Assembly (NCBI GenBank): GCA_026129095.1
Contig: JAHCIT010000013.1
Span: 1-64,000, forward strand
Length of the DNA: 64,000 nucleotides
Source: Deltaproteobacteria bacterium
Lineage (GTDB): Bacteria > JAGRBM01 > JAHCIT01
Direction of reading: 5' to 3'
Shown here: positions 1 to 7,747 of the stretch, piece after piece
How the letters are laid out: every line of letters begins with the position of its first letter
Position numbering within the stretch: position 1 is the first letter of the stretch
Program-made: the position numbers and the translations under genes
The notes under the pieces: model-generated
The model's input: the letters and a program-made list of their open reading frames with translations, nothing else
Database searches by the model: none
What the model was told of the DNA's origin: nothing

Positions 1-2
1 GA

Positions 3-608
3 AAATTTTTCAAAGTTGTGTTAGCGGTAGTGGTAATCGCTGCTACTTCAGCATTGGCAGGACTTGTATTCGCAGCTATTGGTGGCACCAATCTGGGTGT
101 TGCGGCCGGAGTTGGTGGGTTTACCGGCGGGTCATTGGGCCTGGCCCGGTCCGCCCATCGAAATGTAGATGACTTGGAAGGGATGTTAGTGGGTTCCATG
201 ATTGGAACCGGAATAGGCATTCTAACCGGAATTCTCACGTATCTTGGCGGAGCATATATTCGGGAAAACCTCACCGAAGTTTCTGAATTTCTTGGCGACA
301 GTGCCCGAAATGCAGGCAAGGAGGCGCTAGAGGGACTCCAAACCCAGCCGGGTGGACAGGCGGCGGCCGGTGGAGAAGTCGCCTATTCGCTTGCCAGGAA
401 GATATTCAGACCCGCACTAAACTTTATCTTCCAAGACGGCCCATGGGCAGAGGGAATCCGTTCAGCAGTATTTACTGGCGGTACTGTTACCGGCGGGTAT
501 TTTGCGGCGAAAAGGATCGATCAGCTCGTGGATTACCTAAAGAACAGAAGGAACTGCATTTCTGTGGATATCCACGGGAATTCGATGTCACACGCCTGCC
601 CCATATAA
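3..608 (+). CDS. C-terminal part of a large protein, probably an RHS/YD-repeat protein tip (Gly/Ala-rich hydrophobic region); 5' truncated by the window edge
   Basis: Frame is open from base 3 (KFFKVVLAVVVIAAT...). Glycine-zipper-like hydrophobic helices resemble the region following RHS cores, and GC is visibly lower than in neighbours. The RHS core itself is not in the window. Confidence 0.45.
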   Translation, partial: KFFKVVLAVVVIAATSALAGLVFAAIGGTNLGVAAGVGGFTGGSLGLARSAHRNVDDLEGMLVGSMIGTGIGILTGILTYLGGAYIRENLTEVSEFLGDSARNAGKEALEGLQTQPGGQAAAGGEVAYSLARKIFRPALNFIFQDGPWAEGIRSAVFTGGTVTGGYFAAKRIDQLVDYLKNRRNCISVDIHGNSMSHACPI

Positions 609-623
609 CTAAAAGCCAGTGAT

Positions 624-1412
624 ATGAAGTGTCCATCAGCAATACGAATTGCTCCCCTTGTCCTGATCAGTTTGGCATTGGCAGTCTTCCTGCCCAGTTG
701 CGCAATGAAGCCGGGCCCAGCCCTGGAACCTATCGACGACATGGTGCTGATCCCGGCGGGCAGCTTCTTCTTCGGAAAGGATGAAATACCCCAATTCCTT
801 CCGGATTTCTGGATTGACCGGCATGAGGTAACGGTCAGCGAATACTATCAGTGTGTCCGTGCGGGCGTCTGTACTCCGCCTGAACCCGTTTTGATTGGAT
901 TGTGGCCGCTGTGCAGCTGGAACTATCCGTTCTTCTTCGGGTCGGGTGAGCCCCGTTCCGGCCGCGAGCGCCGTCCGGTGAACTGCGTAACGTGGGACCA
1001 GGCCAGTATCTACTGCCAGTGGGCAGGCAAGCGGCTGCCGACAGAAAGGGAATGGGAGAAGGCTGCACGGGGCGATGACCGGCGGATGTACCCCTGGGGC
1101 GATGCGCCGCCGTCCTGCGATCGTGCGGTGATGAGGAAAAACAATGTGTCTGGTTGTGGCGCAAAAACGACATGGGATGTTTGCTCAAAGCCGGATGGAA
1201 ACTCGCCGCATGGCCTGTGCGACATGTCCGGCAATGTGTGGGAGTGGGTGGCTGACTGGGCAGAGATTCCGGGAAGATCGGAGGCAATAAAAATTATCAA
1301 AGGTGGGACGTATCGTTGCGATCAGGATTCAAAGACATTGAAACTGACATACCAGGGTGGGGGAAGAAACGAGTTCGCCGTAGATGTTGTCGGCTTTCGA
1401 TGTGCGAAATAG
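624..1412 (+). CDS. FGE-sulfatase (SUMF1/formylglycine-generating enzyme-like, C-type lectin fold) domain lipoprotein
   Basis: Motifs IPAGSF, HEVTVSEY, PVNCVTW, RLPTEREWEKAARG, YPWG, GLCDMSGNVWEWV and GFRC; signal peptide with lipobox-like LPSC. Confidence 0.9.
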   Translation: MKCPSAIRIAPLVLISLALAVFLPSCAMKPGPALEPIDDMVLIPAGSFFFGKDEIPQFLPDFWIDRHEVTVSEYYQCVRAGVCTPPEPVLIGLWPLCSWNYPFFFGSGEPRSGRERRPVNCVTWDQASIYCQWAGKRLPTEREWEKAARGDDRRMYPWGDAPPSCDRAVMRKNNVSGCGAKTTWDVCSKPDGNSPHGLCDMSGNVWEWVADWAEIPGRSEAIKIIKGGTYRCDQDSKTLKLTYQGGGRNEFAVDVVGFRCAK

Positions 1413-1570
1413 CGAGTGCCATCCCCATCACCACCCCCGCGTGGGTGAGTATCCGGTCGAAGGTGGCTTGGGGCCTGCATGTCGCCGTACCAGGGCGAGA
1501 CGAGAAACATCAGGTAAACGGCTGCGAGATAAATCCAGACGGAAGCGAGCAGTAGCCGGCGGGGGGCAAA

Positions 1571-1588
1571 GGCAGGAGCTCTCCTGCC
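1571..1588. other. Short inverted repeat/hairpin between the FGE gene and the photolyase
   Basis: GGCAGGAG-CT-CTCCTGCC flanked by G and C runs; no U-tract. Confidence 0.3.
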
Positions 1589-1628
1589 ACCCCCTCCCCG
1601 TTATAGCCTTGCGTCGGGGGCACCGGTC

Positions 1629-3137
1629 ATGATGGACCGGATGGAGTCCCGTGTTCCTGATCTTCGCGTGCGGGTGCGCAGCCCGTCGCCGGTGAATCCG
1701 GACGGCCGGTTTGTCCTGTACTGGATGCTCATGGGCCGCCGTCCGGCGTGGAACTTCGCGCTGGACCGGGCCGTGGAGTGGGCGTCCGAACTGAAGAAGC
1801 CGCTCGTCGTTTTCGAGGGTGTCCGCCTCCAGTATCCCTGGGCGAGCGACCGCCTGCACCGGTTCCTGCTGGACGGGATGCGCGACAACCTGAGGGCGTT
1901 CGCGGCGGCGCCGGCCTGCTACTACCCCTATGTCGAAACCGCCCCCGATGCCGGGAAGGGGCTCGTCCGGGCGCTCGCGGGGCTGGCCGCCGTCGTGGTG
2001 ACCGACGACTATCCGGCGTTCATGATCCCGGCCATGACCGAAGCGGCCGCCCGGCAGTCGCCGGTCCGGTTCGAGCAGGTCGATTCGAACGGCCTGCTCC
2101 CCATGCAGGCGGCCGGGGCGGTTTATCCCACGGCCTACGCGTTCCGCCGGTTTTTGCAGAAGGAACTCCCCGCCCACCTGCTGGCATTTCCAAGGGCCAG
2201 TCCCCTGAAAGGGGTCACGATCCCGGCGCTCGATGCCCTCCCCGCGGAGATCACCGGGCGCTGGCCCGCCGCCACTGCCGCTATGCTGGAGGGCGGGCAG
2301 AGGTTTCTCGCCTCGCTCCCCATCGACCACCGCGCCGGGGCGGCCGGGACGCCGGGCGGTTTCCGGGCGGGACGAAAGCAGCTTGGGGATTTTCTCGGTG
2401 CCCGGCTCCCCCGCTATCCGGAAGACCGCAGCGAGCCGGAGAAAGACGGCGGATCGGGCCTTTCACCCTATCTCCACTTCGGACATGTGTCGGCCCACGA
2501 GATCGCGGATGCCGTGTTCCGGGACGCGGGCTGGTCGCCGCAGCGGCTCGGCACCGGGGCGCAGGGCCGCAAGGAAGGGTGGTGGGGGCTGCCGCCAGCG
2601 GCCGAGGCCTTTCTGGACGAACTCGTCACTTGGCGGGAGCTGGGCTTCAACTTCTGTTCCCGGCGGGACGACTACGACCGGTACGAATCCCTTCCCGACT
2701 GGGCGCTTCACACGCTCGCCCGGCACGCGGGCGACCGGCGGCCCCATGTTTACCGGTTCGAGGAGTTCGACGGCGCCCGGACACACGACGCCCTGTGGAA
2801 CGCCGCCCAGTCTCAGCTCGTCCGGGAGGGCCGGATGCACAACTACCTGCGGATGCTCTGGGGAAAGAAGATCCTCGAATGGTCGGAGGGGCCTTCGACG
2901 GCGCTCGCCACGATGATCGAGCTGAACAACCGCTACGCGCTCGATGGCCGGGATCCGAACTCCTACAGCGGGATATTCTGGGTTTTGGGGCGGTACGACC
3001 GGCCCTGGGGGCCGGAGCGGCCCATCTTCGGGACCGTCCGCTACATGAGCAGCGAGAACACCGCCCGGAAGTTCAGCGTGAAGAACTATATCCGCAAATA
3101 CGCCCCGGACGGCGGCGGGCAGGGCGCGCTGCTGTAG
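1629..3137 (+). CDS. phrB: Deoxyribodipyrimidine (CPD) photolyase, class II-like
   Basis: VLYWM, NFALDRA, SGLSPYLHFG, ELVTWREL, THDALWNAAQ, MHNYLRMLWGKK, DGRDPNSY, YDRPW and IFGTVRYM. Confidence 0.9.
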   Translation: MMDRMESRVPDLRVRVRSPSPVNPDGRFVLYWMLMGRRPAWNFALDRAVEWASELKKPLVVFEGVRLQYPWASDRLHRFLLDGMRDNLRAFAAAPACYYPYVETAPDAGKGLVRALAGLAAVVVTDDYPAFMIPAMTEAAARQSPVRFEQVDSNGLLPMQAAGAVYPTAYAFRRFLQKELPAHLLAFPRASPLKGVTIPALDALPAEITGRWPAATAAMLEGGQRFLASLPIDHRAGAAGTPGGFRAGRKQLGDFLGARLPRYPEDRSEPEKDGGSGLSPYLHFGHVSAHEIADAVFRDAGWSPQRLGTGAQGRKEGWWGLPPAAEAFLDELVTWRELGFNFCSRRDDYDRYESLPDWALHTLARHAGDRRPHVYRFEEFDGARTHDALWNAAQSQLVREGRMHNYLRMLWGKKILEWSEGPSTALATMIELNNRYALDGRDPNSYSGIFWVLGRYDRPWGPERPIFGTVRYMSSENTARKFSVKNYIRKYAPDGGGQGALL

Positions 3138-3143
3138 GACGGT

Positions 3144-4187
3144 TCAGGCCGGTTGCTGCTGGCTGACGCAGTGGAAGGCGCCGAAGCCCCAGACGAGATC
3201 GTAGGAGTAGATGCCGATCACCTCGCGGCCGGGGAAACAGCCGCGCAGAACGGCGAGGGCCTGCTCGTCGCGGGGCTGCCCGAAGGTGGGGACGAGGACC
3301 ACCCGGTTTCCGATATAGAAATTGGCGTAGCTCGCCGGCAGCGGTGTGTCCTCGTAGACCATCCGCTCGGGCATGGGCAGTTCGACGATCCGGAAGGGAG
3401 AGCCGTCCTTGTCCCTCGCCAGCCGAAGCGTCTCCAGGTTTTTTTGCAGCGGTTCGTGGTTCGGGCTCGCCGGGTCCGGCTCCACGGCGGTGACGATGGT
3501 CTTCGGATCCACGAACCGCGTGATGTCGTCCACATGGCCGTCGGTGTCGTCGCCCTCGATGCCGTCGTGAAGCCAGATGAAGTGGTCCGCGCCCAGATAA
3601 TCGGTGAGGTACCGTTCGATATCCTTTTGCTGGAGATGGGGATTCCGGTTCGGGTTCAGCAGGCACTGGGCCGTGGTGATGAGCGTTCCCCGGCCGTTCA
3701 CGTCAATGGACCCGCCCTCCAGCACGATACCGGGTTTGAAATGCCGCAGCCGGAACCGCTGGGCGATGCGGCCCGGAATGGCGTTGTCCAGATCCCACGG
3801 GGGGTATTTCCCTCCCCACTTGTTGAACTCCCAGTCGGTGACGGCGATTTCGCCGGTCCGGTCATTCCTGACGAAGATCGGGCCGTGATCGCGGCACCAG
3901 GCGTCGTTCGTGGGGAAGGGGTGCAGCAGGTACATGTCCTGCGGGACGCCGGATTCGGAGAGGAGACTCGCTACCCCGGCGGCCATCGCCTCTCCGGTGA
4001 CGTTGATGTGCACGAACTCGCCCGTCCGGGTCAGATGGTGGACCATCTCGGCCCAGATGGGCGGTATCTTCTCGATCTTTCCCGGCCACGACTGCTCGTT
4101 GTGCGGCCAGGAGAGCCAGGTGGCGGCGTGGGGCTCGAACTCGGCGGGCATCCGGAAGCCCAGCTCCCGGGGTGTGGGGGATGACAT
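3144..4187 (-). CDS. aguA: Agmatine deiminase (peptidylarginine deiminase family)
   Basis: RMPAEF, DAWCRDHGP, FNKWGGKY, LEGGSIDVNG, DDTDGHVDD, ASYANF and GAFHCVSQQQP. Confidence 0.93.
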   Translation of the reverse strand: MSSPTPRELGFRMPAEFEPHAATWLSWPHNEQSWPGKIEKIPPIWAEMVHHLTRTGEFVHINVTGEAMAAGVASLLSESGVPQDMYLLHPFPTNDAWCRDHGPIFVRNDRTGEIAVTDWEFNKWGGKYPPWDLDNAIPGRIAQRFRLRHFKPGIVLEGGSIDVNGRGTLITTAQCLLNPNRNPHLQQKDIERYLTDYLGADHFIWLHDGIEGDDTDGHVDDITRFVDPKTIVTAVEPDPASPNHEPLQKNLETLRLARDKDGSPFRIVELPMPERMVYEDTPLPASYANFYIGNRVVLVPTFGQPRDEQALAVLRGCFPGREVIGIYSYDLVWGFGAFHCVSQQQPA

Positions 4188-4196
4188 GCGTCCGGG

Positions 4197-5141
4197 TCAG
4201 CTCCCCTTGTCCAGATACCGCCGGGTGAGGCCGCCATAGGCATCAATGCGCCGGTCGCGCAGGAATGGCCAGTTCCGGCGGACCACCTCGATCCGCTTGA
4301 GATCGGCCTCGCCCACCAGGATTGCCTCGCGGTTTGCCGATGCCCTGGCGACGAACTGCCCCTGCGGATCGCAGAGGAACGACTGGCCCCAGAACTCGAT
4401 CCCGCCCTTGCGGTCGCCGCCGTGTTCATGGCCGACACGGTTGGCGACGGCGACATAGACGCCATTGGCGATGGCATGGGCCCGCTGGATGGTTTCCCAG
4501 GAATCGTGCTGGGCCTTCCCGTAGCGGCCCTTCTCGGAAGGATGCCAGCCGATCGCGGTCGGATAGAACAGGATCTGCGCGCCCTGAAGCGCGGTGAGCC
4601 GTGCTCCCTCGGGGTACCACTGGTCCCAGCAGATGAGGACGCCGATTTCGGCGAATTTTGTCCGGAAGGTGCGGAAGCCCAGATCGCCCGGCGTGAAGTA
4701 GTATTTCTCGTAGAACAGCGGATCGTCCGGAATGTGCATTTTCCGGTATATGCCCAGGTAGGAGCCGTCGGCATCCAGGACCGCCGTCGTGTTGTGGTAA
4801 ATGCCGGCCGTCCGCCGCTCGAACAGCGACGCCACGACAGCCACGCCGTGCCTTTTCGCCGCCTTCGAGATGGCTTCCGTGGAGGGGCCGGGAACCGGCT
4901 CGGCGAGGTCGAAGTTCTGGTAGTTCTCCGACTGGCAGAAGTAGAGCGAACGGAACAGCTCCTGGAGACAGACGATCTGCGCGCCTTTGCGGGCTGCCTC
5001 GCCGATCCGGTCGATCGCCTTCTGGAGATTCGCCTTGGGGTCGGCGGAGCAGGACATCTGGACCAGCCCGATCCTGACCGTGTCCGTGCTCTGTGCCGCG
5101 GTCTTGCGGGCGCTGCTTTTCGGCTTGCGTTTGGACGGCAT
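4197..5141 (-). CDS. aguB: N-carbamoylputrescine amidase (carbon-nitrogen hydrolase)
   Basis: Nitrilase triad QELF / YRKMHIP / ICWDQW; EKYYFTPGD, FLRDRR; adjacent to aguA. Confidence 0.9.
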   Translation of the reverse strand: MPSKRKPKSSARKTAAQSTDTVRIGLVQMSCSADPKANLQKAIDRIGEAARKGAQIVCLQELFRSLYFCQSENYQNFDLAEPVPGPSTEAISKAAKRHGVAVVASLFERRTAGIYHNTTAVLDADGSYLGIYRKMHIPDDPLFYEKYYFTPGDLGFRTFRTKFAEIGVLICWDQWYPEGARLTALQGAQILFYPTAIGWHPSEKGRYGKAQHDSWETIQRAHAIANGVYVAVANRVGHEHGGDRKGGIEFWGQSFLCDPQGQFVARASANREAILVGEADLKRIEVVRRNWPFLRDRRIDAYGGLTRRYLDKGS

Positions 5142-5144
5142 GGA

Positions 5145-5885
5145 CTACTTCCCCCGGTGCTTCTCGTACAGGCTGTCCCGCCAGCGGATGAGATCGCCAA
5201 ACTCCCCGGTGAGGCTCTCATCGTACAGGCAACGCCGGGTTCCCGGCTGGAGCGGCAGATACCGGTCGGCGGGAGGATTCATGAACTGCAGCGCCGCCGC
5301 CATGGCTATGTCGGCATAGGTAAACCGGCCGAGCAAATAGGGGGAAGAAGCGGCCAGCCGTCCCCGGAGGGCCAGAAGCTGCTCACGGTACCGGTCGCGG
5401 TGGGCTTCCAGTGGCCGTGCGCCAAGATTGTATTTCCGTGCGATGAACCGGGTTCCGGAGCGGGCCATCGGGATGAGGGACTTGCGGAGACTTTCCGGTA
5501 CGGCGGCGGGGAGCGCTTCGGCAAGTGCCTCCTCGTCATGGCTGAAATTGTCCGTCACCAGTGCGCGGCCTGCCTCCAGTGCGATCTCGCTCGCCCCGTT
5601 CCAGTTGAGGATTTCACCCATGAGTTCGGCCGGGAACAGGCGGGGGCCGTGGCCGGTCTGTTCGGCCCGTTGGGCGATGGCGAGGGAATCGCTCACTGTG
5701 CCTGAACTTCCGATCAGCACCGGGACCGTAATCCGCCCGGTCACACGGCGGGTGCGGAGCCGGAGCAGCACTTCCCCCAGCATCGGCATGTGAGCCTCTT
5801 CCCGGTACGGAATCCGGTGGTGGTCGAGTGCCCAACGAGCCTTCTCGGACCAGGGGGAGTAGGAAAGGGCGACCAGTGTATCCAT
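5145..5885 (-). CDS. Glutathione S-transferase family protein
   Basis: SPWSEKARWALDH, TVPVL, DSLAIA and FTYADIA. Confidence 0.8.
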   Translation of the reverse strand: MDTLVALSYSPWSEKARWALDHHRIPYREEAHMPMLGEVLLRLRTRRVTGRITVPVLIGSSGTVSDSLAIAQRAEQTGHGPRLFPAELMGEILNWNGASEIALEAGRALVTDNFSHDEEALAEALPAAVPESLRKSLIPMARSGTRFIARKYNLGARPLEAHRDRYREQLLALRGRLAASSPYLLGRFTYADIAMAAALQFMNPPADRYLPLQPGTRRCLYDESLTGEFGDLIRWRDSLYEKHRGK

Positions 5886-5958
5886 CGGTATTCCGCCTCG
5901 GCCTACACACTTGGCCCAAAGGGCGGCAGATAGGCAAGTCAGGAAGCGCGAAACGGGT

Positions 5959-6351
5959 TCACGGACTGGTGACGGTTTCGATCACGGCCCGGGCATAGTC
6001 GGTGAACTTGTCGAAATCGCGGCCCTTGGGGAACGCCTGCACCTGGGCGAGGGCGGCTTCCTCGATAATGGCCGCCCGGTTGGAGACCAGTACGAACCGG
6101 GTCAGATCGTCAGGGCGGGTCTTGGCGAGGAACTTCACCAGCGTGGACCATCCCTGCACGACCTTGTCCTGGAACAGCATCGAATCGCTGGTAACGATCA
6201 GGGCATATTTCCGCTGGCGGAGATGGGCGGCGAACTCCTCTATGGAACTGACGGAATCGACCGGCAACCTGAATGTCGTGCCCAGGCGCTTGGCGAACTC
6301 CTCGCGTCCCTCAAACGTCGGACTGTCGACATACAGTATTCGGTAGTTCAC
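5959..6351 (-). CDS. Small hypothetical protein, degenerate response-regulator receiver-like
   Basis: RILYVD...ALIVTSD...FVLVS...FPK pattern resembles the REC fold; plausible codon usage. Confidence 0.5.
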   Translation of the reverse strand: MNYRILYVDSPTFEGREEFAKRLGTTFRLPVDSVSSIEEFAAHLRQRKYALIVTSDSMLFQDKVVQGWSTLVKFLAKTRPDDLTRFVLVSNRAAIIEEAALAQVQAFPKGRDFDKFTDYARAVIETVTSP

Positions 6352-6562
6352 TGTCGGTGTCTGGTGCCCCCGTGGCCCATGTCCCTCCGGCCCCGGTTCG
6401 GAAAGCGATACCCTCTATTTGTAGCACTCTTTTGCCATCTGTAGTAACTGGCCACGTGACCGCCGTCACACTCCGGTCTGGTCGGTTGGCAGTGCCGGGA
6501 GTAGCGGTTACGAACCCTCGCCAGCCAGAAACATCTGTATACAGGAGATCAGCCAGGTTCAT

Positions 6563-7747
6563 ATGCTCAAGGTCAGACGGATTGATGAAACGGATGTGCA
6601 GGGAAAACGCGTGCTGGTGCGGTGCGATTTCAACGTGCCGATCCGCGACGGCAGGGTTACAGAGGACACCCGCGTCCGGGCCCACCTGAAAACCATCAAC
6701 TACCTTCTGGAGCGTGGCTGTTCCGTCATCCTGATGAGTCATCTGGGCCGTCCGAAGGGAAAGTCCAATCCGGAGTTTTCGCTGAAGCCGGTCGTTCCGG
6801 TGCTGTCGGAGCATCTCAAGCGGCCGGTGACACTGGCACCCGACTGCATCGGCCCCGATGCAGAAAAACTGGCCGCCGCCCTGAAGCCGGGCGAGGTACT
6901 GCTCCTCGAAAATCTCCGCTTCCACAAGGAAGAGGAAAAGAACGATCCGGACTTTGCCCGGAAGCTGGCAGTGCTGGCGTCCGTTTATGTCAACGATGCC
7001 TTTGCCGCGAGTCACCGGGCTCATGCTTCCGTTGTGGGACTGGTGCCGTTCGTCCAGTCATCGTGCGCTGGTTTTCTGCTGGTTTCGGAGGTGGAAACCT
7101 TCAACCGGTCATTCGCCAGTCCGGCGCGGCCGCTCGTCATGGTGCTCGGCGGAGCGAAAGTCTCCACCAAGATCGGCCTCATCCGGAATCTCCTCCCCAA
7201 AGTGGATTCGCTCCTGATCGGCGGGGCGATGGCCAACACGTTCATCGCCGCCAGGGGAAATCCGGTCGGAAAGAGCCTGCAGGAAACGGACTTCCATGCC
7301 GAGGCAATGGCGGTTCTGGCCGAAGCCTCCAGTATGGGGAAAAGGATACTGCTGCCGGTGGATGTCATTTGTGCGCCGTCGCCGGATGATGCGGCCCATA
7401 AGCAGGTTGTGCCGGTGGGGAGTATCCCGGCCGGTTCAATGGCGCTTGATATAGGCCCCCGGACGGCAGAACTGTTTGCCGCTGAAATTGCGGCCGCCCG
7501 GACGGTGGTCTGGAACGGTCCGGTCGGGCTGTTCGAGATGCCTGGTTTCGACGAGGGTACCCGTGCCATCGCCCGTGCCATCGCTGGCAACAGGGAGGCG
7601 CTCACGGTGGGCGGGGGCGGCGATACCGATGCCGCCCTGGAGATGACGGGCCTCAAGGAAAAGTTTTCCCACGTCTCGACCGGCGGCGGAGCTTTCCTGG
7701 AACTGCTTGAAGGGCGCGACCTGCCGGCGATTACGGCCCTTGGCTAG
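6563..7747 (+). CDS. pgk: Phosphoglycerate kinase
   Basis: RCDFNVP, SHLGRP, LLENLRF, VNDAFAASHRAHAS, GGAKVSTK, WNGPVG, GGGDT and STGGGAFLE. Confidence 0.98.
   Translation: MLKVRRIDETDVQGKRVLVRCDFNVPIRDGRVTEDTRVRAHLKTINYLLERGCSVILMSHLGRPKGKSNPEFSLKPVVPVLSEHLKRPVTLAPDCIGPDAEKLAAALKPGEVLLLENLRFHKEEEKNDPDFARKLAVLASVYVNDAFAASHRAHASVVGLVPFVQSSCAGFLLVSEVETFNRSFASPARPLVMVLGGAKVSTKIGLIRNLLPKVDSLLIGGAMANTFIAARGNPVGKSLQETDFHAEAMAVLAEASSMGKRILLPVDVICAPSPDDAAHKQVVPVGSIPAGSMALDIGPRTAELFAAEIAAARTVVWNGPVGLFEMPGFDEGTRAIARAIAGNREALTVGGGGDTDAALEMTGLKEKFSHVSTGGGAFLELLEGRDLPAITALG

Noticed and set aside
624-1628. Diversity-generating retroelement targeting the FGE/CLec gene
   Set aside because: No reverse transcriptase or Avd gene, and no second copy (template repeat) of the 3' end seen in the window. 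A remote TR cannot be excluded.
6440-6530. c-di-GMP-I (GEMM) riboswitch upstream of pgk
   Set aside because: Only a loose CTCCGG...GTAGCGGTTAC resemblance; the GGCAAA/GAAA/GACGCAAA P1 elements are absent.
7560-7584. 12-bp tandem repeat CCCGTGCCATCG x2
   Set aside because: In-frame coding duplication (RAIA-RAIA) within pgk; no sign of a contingency locus.
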